Shown: one piece after another, positions 13,985-26,504 of the stretch
Numbering within the stretch: the stretch's first letter is position 1
How the letters are laid out: every line of letters begins with the position of its first letter
Assembly (NCBI GenBank): GCA_046563655.1
Contig: CM102283.1
Span: 2,914,001 to 2,978,000, forward strand
Direction: 5' to 3'
Origin: Yuukianura sp. NJ FZ-2021
Lineage: Eukaryota
DNA: 64,000 bases
The notes under the pieces: model-generated
The model's database searches: none
The model's input: the letters and a program-made list of their open reading frames with translations, nothing else
Told to the model about the DNA's origin: nothing
Position numbers and translations under genes: made by a program

Positions 13985-14708
13985 TCAATTTCCGTTCTGA
14001 AAAACAATTAAACCGATTGTAGAGAAAGTTAGAAATAAAAAAAACGGTGTAGGAAAGTAACGAGAAAGTGGATGGCAGTCTGCGATGGATAATCAGCGCA
14101 AACTTATAAAAGGTCTTCAAAGTACTGCGCATCCTTCTTTAGTTATAACAAAGATTATTTGACCCAGTGGAGCGGACAGAAAGTAGTTTGTAGAATTTTT
14201 TTTTACCTGGCGTGCGATTTCTTGGCGTAGTTCGTCGATTTGTATGCGAAGTCGTCGATTTTCTCGCAGAAGATCTAGGGTTTCTCCGCGTTGTTGTCGA
14301 TTTTCTCGCAGAAGATCTAGGGTTTCTCCGCGTAGTTGTCGATTTTCTCGCAGAAGATCTCGGTTTTCTCCACGTAGTTCTCGGTTGTAAAGGTAGAGTA
14401 GTGAAATTACTAGGCCACCTAGCACAATTACGATATCTACCAACCCAATGGGGTTGGGATCTTTGCGGTTTACTTTGGGCTTCTCCGAGAATCTTCTAGG
14501 CATTGTTCCCAGTGCTATGCCACACAAAACCACCTTAAAAAACATTCAAAATTTTTGTAGTTAATTAAAATTGATGCCTTTGCTGACGTTTGTATAGTAG
14601 TTCAGCCTTAGATCGGCACAAGTTGTTTTTAGCTTATTTAGAACGCATGTTTAGAAAGGAAATGCCAAGAAACCTTACCAAGAAAATGCAAAAAACCATT
14701 TTCGCCAT
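13985..14708 (-). CDS. Orphan small protein with hydrophobic segments and a 14-aa repeat coiled coil
   Basis: Exons 14679-14708 (MAKMVFCIFL|gtaag) and 14207-14533, then a short terminal exon (NGN* from 13996, or NRYNWRKRG* from 13692). Phases are compatible. Confidence 0.55.
14250..14385. repeat. 42-bp coding tandem repeat, ~3 copies (LRGETLDLLRENRQ)
   Basis: gtcgattttctcgcagaagatct recurs at 42-nt spacing. Confidence 0.9.
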
Positions 14709-15455
14709 GTTGTAGTCCAATCAATGTATTAAAAAAATATGTAAATAAATCCGAAATAAGTCACACAAATTGAGTCAATAGCTCTCGTCAGTGTTTAAAA
14801 ACGGACTGAACCATTTTCCAAAAATCTCGTTTCCAAGTTTTTTTAAGCTCTCTAAATATAAGGGATAAAAATGTCCCACTAATCCCTTCAAACAATGGAA
14901 ATGGAAGTCCATCGTTGTCTTTTGTACGCTGGGTAAAAAAACATTGCAAACGGAAAACAAATTTGAACGCGAAGAACACAAAACATTTTCCTTGCAACCA
15001 GATTTAGTTTAAGCCACTGCGAACTTATATCATGAGATACCTATACCTATTCAGAATAAGTTTAACTATGTTAGGATTCAAATTTAACCAATATAAGATG
15101 GAACTGTCTCTTCTGCGCAAGTGTTAGAATGTTTCTATGCACGACGCTTCTGCACTTGATTCGAGAATGCGAACTTCCCTTCATGGATCCACCAAGTCCC
15201 CAAAAAAGTTTCCGATTCCTGTCATTGGGAGAGAGGCAGCAGGATTTCAAAAGTAGTTTGCAAATGGAACGGAGTTAGACGTCGTAACTCAAAATTATAT
15301 TTTTATTTTTTATTTTTGAAAATTGATGCTGCATTTATGCCAGAATGTTCGTCACAATTTAGATACACGTTTGAAGGTTAGTTTAGTACGAATTGAATTC
15401 CGCTTTGTTGAAGTGAACGTTAACTCCTCCATAGGTTGTTACGTTAAGTGAGCTT

Positions 15456-17557
15456 TTAGGTTAACCAATTTGATATGTGCGACATCATGAACTTGCGCTT
15501 GTCGTCACTTCCGACACCGACTGTGGGCTGGACACGTTTTGGCTTAACTGCTCTGACAAATTGTTCAAGTTCGGAAAAACTGGAGTGCTCTGAATACGGA
15601 AGGCTGACGACGGTAATCGTATCACAGTTGTGCGATCTACAACTAAACGTTTTCCCGCCATTTTTATTTCCATTGCTACTTTTAGATGAAAACTCCCATC
15701 CACTTGGTTTGATTGCAATGAGGTGACTGTACACATTCCTCCGACGAGCCAAGTACTCCGACAAAAACTGTAGTACGAAAATGGTCAGATTAATTTTGGT
15801 TAGAATGGAGAAAAATTAAATAATGTCTTTTCAAAATTTCAAAATACGGTAGAAGTTGCTACTCATTATGTTTAGTACCTGAAGATGTAAGCACCTCATG
15901 GGAGCGACATGGACTTGCGCAGAAGCTTCAGAGGAACTCATGTAGAAATTGTATTTGGAGTTGTTTAGTGCTTCCAGAATTCGCTTCTTATCTGGTTCAC
16001 AGTAAACCTTGCTATCCAACGCCTCAGCTACGGAGAAGAACACGCGTTCTTTGCCTAAAATGGAAAACTTCATGAAACTTTGGCTTTCAAAAAACTTTTT
16101 CGTTTTGTTATTGGTTTGCTTACCAATGCAGTAGGCTCCGCAGATGATAATAGTTTGGGGAATCTTGTCAACGTACTGTTTGATAAAATTCACAACTTGT
16201 GAAATAGTGTTGATTTGTGGTGGGAAATCGTATTTGGGATCGCAGTAAGTCGTGTCCAAATACAGGCAGTCCACTGGCAGCGATTTGAGGAAAGGATTCA
16301 GCAGCATTTGAGGTGTAAATCGAAAGTCACCGGTATGCAAAACAGTTGTTCCATTAGGAAGGCGTAGAATGAACATAACCGAACCAGGGCAGCTGGAAAT
16401 TGAAAAAATACAACAAGTTTTTAATTAATCAATTACTAATTTGCAAGTTGTAGCTTTGTTATCTTACTGATTAGCAGCCGTCAAGACGATTTTGACGCCT
16501 TGGACGGAGTAAACTCGGTTAAGGTCAAGTCTCCTTATACAACTTTCATGTACACCGAGCTTCATATGAACGAGATTTCCAGTTCCAGCTTCACAGATGA
16601 TCGTCTTGGAGAAGTTTCTGGATAAGCCCATGTAGTGATCCGAATGAAAGTGACTTAGCAAGTACACATCGATATCGGGAATCACTCCGTAAGAAAAAGC
16701 GTCCACAGCAAACCTCGTCCCTAAAGGCAAAAAAGTCAATGTCAACCCATCCAGGAATATGACCTTTGACCTACACTTGGATCTTATAAAACATGTAATA
16801 AACCTGGAATTTTTTTGTAAAACGGACACGATCTCTTGGAAACTCTTCCAGTCTTGCCAATGTCGCTCGTACTTTCAGTTAATTCAATCATTACAGGATC
16901 ACTACCGTCCCAGCCAATGACGTCTGAATAATTTTCATCGTCGTGATTAAAGGAACTGCGAAAAAGCGGTACTTCTGAATCTGATAGTAGCGCAGAAGCA
17001 GTGGAAGAAATCGGTTTTCGTGGTGGAATCTTTTCGAATCCTGATGCAATTGGAAAGCACTTCGTGACGGTTTGTTCATTTGCTGGAGATAAACATACTT
17101 TCGATGAACTCGATACAGAAATGGCGCCGTATCCTGATAGAATTGTCGCTGAATTTGTTGCTTTGATTGTTACGGAATTGCACCACTCGTTCTTGATTGA
17201 CGAAGATACGACGTTTGCTGGTGGTAAAACTCGATTTACTAGAGGATTAGCAGAACGATGAGAGTCGCCAGTTACTATGACTTTTGTTCTTTTAGGTTTG
17301 TTCTCATTACCTACTGGGCCAGTTTTGATACTTCGTTTACGTCCTCGTGAACTCCCAGTGACAGCTTCCTTTTTCTGATTTTGTTGCATTCGATTCATTA
17401 GCCATTTCCAGCTATTTTTGGCATCTGGAACATTAGCGGAGTTTCCAGTAGTGCGACTTGTTGAATTGGATACCGGCGGAGACTTGCCATCATTGTCGTC
17501 ATCTGTAAATTCCAAGTCGATTACGTCAATCACAGCAGTAGCGGCAGTAGCAGCCAT
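15456..17557 (-). CDS. Snm1: DNA cross-link repair nuclease SNM1A/DCLRE1A-like (metallo-beta-lactamase/beta-CASP)
   Basis: Motifs CPFYKKIPGTRFAVDAF, LLSHFHSDHYMGL, LHTGDFR, LYLDTTYC, GAYCIGKER and PYSEHSSFSEL..VKP, spread over 5 exons. Confidence 0.93.
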
Positions 17558-17820
17558 TGTTCCAGAAATACTCCTCTGTAGCCTATTATTCCCTTTCTTT
17601 CTATCCGCTACGCTTGACCTTTGACCTCAGCTTTCTCTTTGCTGCAACTGAGTTCCTTCAAAGGCTAATTAACAGATTGACTTTATCAATTAATTAAGCA
17701 AGCAGTTGCTTCCTTTTGCTTCTCCCGTTGCCTTTGTTCTTTCTTTTTCTGTTTTCTATTTCTTCCGTCGTTTTGGTTGGTTTAGGTTTGTTTACTCTTT
17801 TAAATTTGAACTCCAGATAA

Positions 17821-19131
17821 TATGGGGCTTTAATAACGACACTATAGAAAATATTTTTATTTTTAAAAACTTCGTAAATTGCGAGGTTGAAAATTTCCAA
17901 CCCCGTAAATTACGAGGTCGAAAAGTTCCAACCTCGCAAATTACGAAGTTTAAAATTTCGAACCTTGTAAATTACGGAGTTGGAAATTTCCAACCTTGTA
18001 AGTTGCGGAGTTGAAAAAGTTCCGGAGTCGGAAAGTGGTGGCCCTTTTACGGAGTCGAGAAAATTCACGAGGTTGGAAAATGCACTTTACTTGCCTCCTA
18101 ATTCCGTGGGGAGAAAAAGCTCAGAAGAAGACTAGCCCCTGTACATTGTTGCCACTACGTGTTATGGCATAGGAATACTAAACAAAGGGATGAGTTTTGC
18201 CAAATCTGTATACATCGATGAACGATGATACCATACTGCGGAAACGTTTGGTTGGGGTGAACCGGAATTCCATCGGATGTAACCACAAAGTCCAATTCCT
18301 CCACCGCCATGCTTTTGTTATTACGGTTTGTGCTTAGTCTTTTAGACTACACAATTACCAACAAGAAACCCCGTTGAAGTAAGCCTAGGAGACCACACTG
18401 TACCCACCAGTTCAAAATTTTGCGCGCTGACAGTTTCATCACCAAAAGGTGGCCAAGTTAAGTTCACAGGTTAATCTATTGCCGCTAGGTGTATGTAATG
18501 CTTACGATGTTGGTGGGTACAATTGTTCTCATCCTATGAGTGGGTACAATGACAGTGCGCATAATTTTGAACTGATGGGTACAGTCTGGTAGCCCAAGTT
18601 TACTTCAACGGAGTTTCTTGGTTATGTTGCACAACTCAGCACAAACTGTAGTAACAAAACGGAGGAATTGTTTCTGTGGTTACATCGGATGGAATTCCGG
18701 TTCACCTCAACCAAACGTTTCCACAGTATAGTATCGATGTATGCAGATTTGGCAAAACTTATCCCTTTGTTTAGTATTCCTATGCCATAACACGTAGTGG
18801 CAACAATGGACGGGGGCTAGTCTTCTTCTGAGCTTTTTCTCCCCACGGAATTAGGAGGCAAGTAAAGTGCATTTTCCAACCTCGTGAATTTTCTCGACTC
18901 CGTAAAAGGGCCACCACTTTCCGACTCCGGAACTTTTTCAACACTGCAACTTGCAAGGTTGGAAATTTCCAACTCCGTAATTTACAAGGTTCGAAATTTT
19001 CAACTTCGTAATTTGCGAGGTTGGAACTTTTCGACCTCGTAATTTAAGGGTTTGGAAATTTTCAACCTCGCAATTTACGAAGTTTTTAAAAATAAAAATA
19101 TTTTCTATAGTGTCGTTATTAAAGCCCCATA
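17821..19131. mobile_element. Non-autonomous foldback element: ~615-bp inverted arms with internal ~30-bp subrepeats
   Basis: 17821-~18435 is the reverse complement of ~18547-19131 (tatggggctttaataacgac...gtcgttattaaagccccata). It is flanked by the direct repeat GATAA and has no ORF. Confidence 0.9.
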
Positions 19132-19644
19132 GATAACATATTCCCGCTCGCCGTCTCAAGATAGGATTTTCGTCGAACAGAAAATTTAACAGATTGATTG
19201 GCGGGAATTCAAAAAAAAAAACATTGACAATTCAATTCTTTCAAACTTGAATGCAATTTTCGCTTAATTTGCCGGTATTTTTGCGAATTTATCGATTAAC
19301 TATTTACTAATAATTTAACTTGTAACTTGACTTGTCTTTGTTTCGTTTCATGTCACTGCCACGTGAATTGACATTTCGGTAACATCAAACAAAGGTGAAG
19401 TTTACCACGGTTAGCATACATGATATGGTTTTATAAATTACTACACTCTACCTAAACCTATCGTCCTACAGCTTTCTATTTCAATTACTAATCATCCTAA
19501 AATTTTTCTAAACTGATGAGTAACTAATTTGAATGCGAATTGTGGTTTTTTGTTTTGTTTTAGGACCGACTTGCCGAAACGAATCCCTTCAAGGGATACT
19601 GGAGTGACGATCCAGGGTTGTTGGATTGACTCTTGGCGGATATA

Positions 19645-21775
19645 ATGACTTATACATTAAAAATTGGGCTCTTGGTGACGTTAATACTACACATCGACGC
19701 TACTGCGACTGCTCAGAAGTCAGAACTTCATAACGACGAAGGATATCGCGATACGTTTGAAGAGAACCTGAAAGTGAAGACGCTCCCGAACGGATACATC
19801 TATACCTACTTTGAATTTGTCATTAACGATGCTGATCTGTCGAACCACACAAGATACTTCCCCAGAACCCTATCGGATATTTTGATTCATCACTCTGTCC
19901 AGGAGTTGCATTATTCGCTGACCCAAGGGTACTGGAGAACAGAGTCATGGGGAGATCCAATCCTGTCTGCTCCCGGTGGAGCCCAAGTTATCGCTTGGTT
20001 CACAGCTTCTGGAGACAAGTAATGTCTGACTTACTAGATCAATTAAGTTCAGTTAATCTATAAAATTTACTATTCTTGTGATTTTTAGACAAGCAAGTGA
20101 CAACTGGAAGGGATTGACTAGTCGCCTGAGTGGACTTACTTGTGCTTCTCTCAATTTCCTGGACGACCGGAACTCTATCAATCCGAATTTCGGGTATCGT
20201 CCGATCGGCGTGCCGTCCAAGTTTGACACTTCGAATCCACTGTTTGTCAGAGTCGGTTCTCTTCCGAAAGAAAACGTTTGTACGGAAAACTTGACCCCGT
20301 GGGGGAAACTACTACCGTGTGGGGTTTCTGTAAGTTACTTCAGAAAAAAATTCTAAAAGAGTAATTTCTGTACTGAAGTCTCAATATTTCTGTAGAGAGG
20401 CCTTGCCTCACTGCTTCGATCCAAACAAGTATTCAACACACACTACCATTCCGCTGGAATTTCGTTTCTCAAAACCAATTCCGGAGTTCAGCTGAAGTTG
20501 ACCATGTCCCTAGTCTTTAACGGTGTGAAGCAAGGGAAGTACAGAGCATCAGATAACTTTGTGCGAAGAGTCTTTGGTCCAGCGGCTACGTTTCCCTGCC
20601 ATCCCAGTCAAACTTCTAGTGTACAACTGTGGCAAAACGGAACCTGGGAGAGGGAGATGTATGAGAGCAGCGTTGTCAATTCCTGGAAGATCTCAGATTT
20701 ACCACTCCCGGATTCATCTGAATTGAACTTGATTTTTACTCCAGTGAAATACTTGGGAGGTAACAAACTGGTAATCTATGTATTTCCAATTAAAACTCAA
20801 ATTAAAGATTGAAGAATTGTTTTTTAGGTTACGGACAAGCCGATGGCGAGATTATCGTGGAGATGACGAATCATCTGGACGTCGTGTTACCCGTTTTGTA
20901 TGTCGAAGTGCTACCGTGGTACATACGTCCATATTTGCACACTATGAGGACACAAGTTTCTCCAGCGGGACGGACAATGCCAGAACCAGGTCACGATACG
21001 GACAAATCAGAATTTTGAAAAAGTTTTTCTTCAAAAAGTTTTTTTTGAAAAAAAAGATTATTATTATCTTTTTTTTGCAGGGCGTTTGTTTCATTACACT
21101 CCGGGAAGAGATAGACAAGTTTTGCATAAACTTGAAATGGATTTTCACTTACCACCGAAATCAACTGTCAGATTGAGCTTCGTCGTTGAAAAGCGACACT
21201 TGAGAGTAACGAAACCTATGTTAACTTTTAATTTTTAATTTAATTAGTATATATTTTATTCTAATTTTTTGTAGTGGGATGAGTACCCTCCAGATGCAAA
21301 TCATGGTTTTTACTTGGAAGCTTCTCGTTTCGAAGTCAACTACACAAATCCACAAGACTCGACATCCAAGACTTTGCATTACTACTCAAGGAAACTCCTC
21401 GTGAATCTTTCCACTCCCGATTTTTCCATGCCGTACAACGTCATTTGCCTAACTTGTACCGTTGTAGCCTTAGCATTTGGTCCACTTCATAACATTACCA
21501 CCAAAAGTCTCAAACTTACTCCCAAGGACGACAAAACTCGTCTTTCAAGCAAGCTTGTTGCTGTTCTCAAACGACTCTGGAACAAAGTTCGATCAAAGAA
21601 AGAAGAAGCTGCTGCTGAAGAGCCATCTGAAGGTCTACAAGAAGAAATGGAAATTGATCCTCCAGAATCCACCGAAGAACCAATGGAAATTGACCCGCCG
21701 GAACAAAGCGGGTCAATAGACCCGCCCGTCCAGAAAAAGAAGAAGAAAGGAGGGTCACCTCGAAAGCAGACATGA
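19645..21775 (+). CDS. PIG-T: GPI transamidase component PIG-T (Gpi16)
   Basis: Signal peptide, YSLTQGYWRTESWG, LSGLTCASLNF, LPKENVCTENLTPWGKLLPC, EYPPDANHGFY and TPDFSMPYNVICLTCTV. 6 exons. Confidence 0.95.
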
Positions 21776-22036
21776 AGTCCAGTGAATTCCTAAAAGTGAA
21801 AAGTCTTTCTTCTTTGTCATCACTCAAACTAATTTCTTGATTTTAGCTGTTAGCATATAACTTAAATGTGTTTAATTAAAAGTGATTTGTTGATTTATCA
21901 TTTGCAATGATCTTTCCGGAATTATTTTGGACAAGCATGCGCAGCATACTTGTTGGGTTAAAATTTAAATTTGTTACTTTACTTTGCCTGTGATATACGA
22001 TACAAATATTGGATTTATTGCATCCAAACATCAACA

Positions 22037-22158
22037 GTCAGCGTGTTCGAGCGGTTAAGAAGCCAGACTCAAGAGAATATCTTGCCATGCTAAAGCAAGG
22101 TGAATCTGGGCATTCTGGTCCTCGAAAGAGGGCGTGGGTTCGAATCCCACCGCTGACA
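22037..22158 (+). tRNA. tRNA-Leu(CAA) with 39-nt intron (22074-22112)
   Basis: Acceptor GTCAGCG/CGCTGAC+A, D-stem TTC/GAA, anticodon stem CCAGA/TCTGG with CAA at 22070-22072, long variable arm, GGTTCGAATCC B-box and downstream T-run terminator. Confidence 0.92.
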
Positions 22159-22750
22159 CATTTTTTTTTCAATCTAAGGAGTTTTTTTTTTCATAAAAAT
22201 AGGTAACTTCACATATTCACCTTTAATAATTTAATAATAAAACTGTTTGTTTAAAAGAATTAGGGAAACAGTAATAATATTTGATAATTAAATTGACTTC
22301 AGTAAAAATTTTACATTAATGACATTCCGAATACCATACTTGAATGTGATTTGAACGTGTAAAAAACCAATTTAATAATTAAATTTTAATTATTTCGAAG
22401 ATAATAGTACAAGCCCTGCGATTCAATTTAGTAAATCAGGGTGCCAAATAATGTTGAAAGTACTGCTGCAATACAGTTGTATAACCTATGCAGTTGTATA
22501 AGGCGTCAAAGAAAGCTAAAATCTGGGGAAATAACATTTGGACAATATTCTAACTGCTACAATATACCTATACATTACTGTTAACAACGCATGAGCAGTA
22601 GCCTTAAGTACAACATACGCTAACAAAGCTTTAGTCTACAATGTAATCTGCAGTACAATGAACAAAGCAAAAGAAAAGTAACAATAATGTGAAACTGCTC
22701 AACTACATAACTTCTACTGGATAAGATAAATAATTATGAATTCAGAAGTC

Positions 22751-24980
22751 TCAGTTGTCCCCTTCTGTTTCGTAGACTTCAAAGTCAGCGCCGTATTGGT
22801 TCTGGTAGAGGCTTTTCATCAATTCTGAGTCCCCTTCTTCTAGATCTCCAAGGTTAAATACCTGATTCACCAATGAGATTGCATATTCGCTTTCTGCATT
22901 CACAGGTCGACGCAAGAGATATGCAATGGTGGCAGCTTGGATACAAATGGATTCCAGGCGTAAGCCATTTTCCTTTGTAGCTTTTAAAATCGGTTTTCTG
23001 GGCAGGGCATTCACCTCATCTAGTCCAGTATCTTGGCAGTACACGAGTATGGAGTAACACGGAGCCGACGGTAAGGTGTTGGGAGTGTGTGACAGCAGCG
23101 ATGTTCTCTGGGTTAACTTCGCACCAACGTAGAATGCATCAAATGCTTCTCGAGTGTAGATGTACGTTGCCTTCACCATATCAATACGTTCACCGCTGGG
23201 AATCTGTTGAAAAATTGGGTCCAACCTCGAAACTGTAGACGGCAGAGGCTTTCCTCTCAACCCAATGTTCAGTTTGCGCAGGTATGGTTTCAATAGCTTC
23301 CGACTTTTGCATATACAAACATTTCCCATGAGATTCACGAACCGATCCTTTCCGAGCAGCATTGACTTCAACCACGCGGCGGTCTAAAAATATAAGTTTC
23401 AAGAAAAAAATTATTATTACATCATTTATAAATGTACCATTTTGAACATCTGCTGGAGTCGGTACTTTTAATTTAGTATTGTTTAACTGAAATCAAGTAT
23501 AAACGATTGCATGCTGTTGTTGGATTGAATAATTTTAAATAATTTTAAACAGCTCAACTCACGGAAATAGCTGAAAATACGGCCATTGCCTCAGATTTCT
23601 CAGTGTAAGTTTTGGTAAAAGGGTGATCTGTTAATAGCTCCGGAGAGCTGCATCCTTGACGTATAATTGATTTGTTGTTGAGCCAACAAAGTCTGCATTT
23701 GCTTTGAATTTCTTCTTCCGCATCGAGAGACGTAACAGCAAAGGACTGCGTAGAGGCATACAAGTACTCCTTCCCTTCCAAACTACACACATTCCAAGTA
23801 ACCCCGTACATTTCTATCTCTCCGCAACTTGTGCAAGATGGCCCGCTTCCGTACAGCTTAACTTTGGAGTCAAAAGTCCTGCAGTCTAGAATTGGTAGGG
23901 TAATTAATCAATTTTTCTTCAAGTGATAATTTCTAAGGTGTATTGAATTGAATTTTCATACTCATGCATAGCATCATGCCACATGATTTACGAGCACTTA
24001 TGTATTTCACTTGAGAAGCGGGTGAGGTGCTGACATAAAATTTGAAATCCGGATGTTCAGGGAGACTCAGTTTGCCTTGGAACGTTAACGACTCTCGGTA
24101 GTGACGTCTTTGCAGTTTGCCGGTAAAGGGTGGCTTGCCTTTGGCTACTCTGACTTGACTCAGCATTTCCTTCACTGCCTTTGTTCCAAGTTTGTTACAC
24201 GTTCCTGATAATATACTTTGCATTTTGCATTAATTCAATATTCATTTTTAGTGTACCATATTTAACAGATTATTGGTTATACGTCTTCTTTCACATCTCA
24301 TATTGAACGTTCGCCCTTTCTCCCGGATGTGGGGATTTGGTTCCGTATTTTCTATGTCACCAAAATTTATGTCATCTCGCTAGAACAGAATTAATATAAA
24401 AGTCCCGGCATTTGTAAGTACAATGTTCTTAATTTAATTCTCGAATAAGTGGTAAAGCAAAATAAAGTTACCTCAGGGATAGGGGGATTGTACCCCAATG
24501 TTGCTGGGCTCTAATGGACATACATAAAAATCGGTTTTAAAGACTTGCACTACATAAAACATTTAATATCGCTACCGAATATCCTGAAAACTTACTACTT
24601 CTGGGTCATTTTCTTGTGTTGACAAATACTCCTGGCTTTCATTTTCATCTGATGACGATGGTTGTGGCTACGAAAGATATAAAAAATCGCATGTTTGTTG
24701 AAACGTTTACACCATAACCTTCATATAATCAATCTTTAACGTACATATCTTAAATATAAAGTCAGACTCAAGCATTCCTTCGGTTGTAATCGTATGAAAT
24801 TCCAGTTCTTACATGGTATCGTTTCCTCCCTTTCGTGTAAATGCAAAATGGTTCATCCAAATCATCTGCGTCGTCGTCGCTCCTCTCTGCAGCTGCGGGA
24901 TCGTCACGCCGTGGTTCCTCATCCTCTGGTTCGGTATCATAGTGGTCACTGACATACGGGTCTTCAATATAGCTTCCCAT
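22751..24980 (-). CDS. Orphan multi-exon protein (~530 aa): acidic N-terminus, CxxC..CxxC zinc ribbon, C-terminal GIY-YIG-nuclease-like domain
   Basis: About 7 exons splice in compatible phases, though some junctions are uncertain. Motifs LCMNC..SCTSC, and in the last exon TYIY-x7-FYVG..R..H..LRLESICI..PVN. Confidence 0.55.
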
Positions 24981-25654
24981 GGTTAACTGTGACAGTACAA
25001 TCCAAGGTCAGTTGAAAATGAAGACATTAAGGATGAATACACGGGGCGAATAAACTCTGAGAAGTAACAATACGGTAAGTACTTGTGAATAGAACGTTTA
25101 CAAAAGTGTAACAATAATAATTTGTAAATCAGAACAAAACACAACGTTAGCTAGTCTCGGCTGTAACTTCAAGAAACAAAGGATTGATGTGTTAGGGAAG
25201 TCGGTAGGTGTCACAAATTGACAAGACACAACAGATCAGGATGACATGTTTAAGCGATTTAAACAAAAGTTTCCCGCCAGAAAGCTCAAACTCGAAACAA
25301 GTGTTTCACATCCTCCACTGTTGCCATTTATTGTTCGAACACACCAGCTATTGATGTAACATCGCAGTAAATCTCATATTTGTATCAAACCCACATAACA
25401 TCCAATCCTAAATCTAAGTGTCTGTGTGTGTAATTTTTTGTCCAACCGGAAAAGGGCATACTTCAAAAGTACGCCCCGTCTCCCGCTCAGGTATCTCTAA
25501 TTTTGCAAACGATTTGTTGAAAACCAAAGTTCCATTTATTTCTCACAACAATAACTAAGATTTAAGAACAAGTCCCTAGTTAAAATCTTACAGGTTTTGC
25601 TTTTAATTCAAATTTTTAATTTCTAATTCTTTTTATTAACAATTATTAATTAAT

Positions 25655-25752
25655 CGGTCTAAGGAGCCAGACTCAAGATAATATCTTGCCTTGTAAGAAC
25701 TGGGTCTTCTGGTCTTCGAAAGAAGGCGTGGGTTCGAATCCCACTGCTGACA
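25655..25752 (+). pseudogene. 5'-truncated tRNA-Leu(CAA) copy with intron
   Basis: Begins mid D-loop (cggtctaaggagccagactcaag). Keeps intron, variable arm, B-box, TGCTGACA end and T-run. The first ~15 nt are replaced by AT-rich sequence. Confidence 0.85.
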
Positions 25753-26504
25753 CACTTTTTGCATTTTTTTTCTTAGTATTTTTGACGAATTTACGAAATT
25801 TTAACTTTTTAATCTACGTATTTGATCAATGCCTGAGCTTCAGTCAGTATTAGATAAGGGAAATCGATTAATTTAACAAAAATCGCGAAATTGCCTGCGA
25901 TTACACAGACAGAGTTTTCATGAGGGGGGAAACATTTCAAAGTTGTGCAAAAGTTACTGCCTCTTGTAGTCCATATTAGTTATCTCTGGGTTAAAAATTG
26001 TGGGCGTAAAATTCGTTAAAACTCTAAAATTTCAGTAAATGACCGTAATTTAAAGAAAGAGAACAGATGACTTGGAAAATTTAATTGCACTGGCTTAGTT
26101 AAAATATCAACTTTGAAAAAATACTCTTTCGGCTAAAAGTGCGTGCGCGAGCGATACGACAATATTATATGATCCTCCCCCCATAACGTATGATTCACCA
26201 TCATATGTTTCATCCCACGCGAATTCATTCTCGATTGTTCATGTTCACGATAGAAAATAACTACAAGTTGCATCGTCACTTCCAAATTTTAGTGTCGTCA
26301 TTATTGGTAGGATTGGGTAATTAAGAAGGTAAGTCAATAGTCGTGTGAGGGTAGGCCATACGTTTTTGCCAGTCATTGTAAAGTACATAAGCTGATGAAC
26401 GTCACCCACTTTTGTTAGTCTGTTTCAGATTGTTGGATACGTAAGAGACCAAGACATCCACTATCCACTCCAGTTCAACTTATCGAGCAGAGTACAAATT
26501 CGAT

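Noticed and set aside
17706-19159. ORFs 17706-18014 and 18938-19159
   Set aside because: Mirror-image products of the foldback arms with no transposase motifs
23190-23402. Alternative reading frame for the last exon of the orphan gene
   Set aside because: It stops at 23190 and would need a 22-nt intron; the phase-0 frame stays open to 22751, though RNA data are needed
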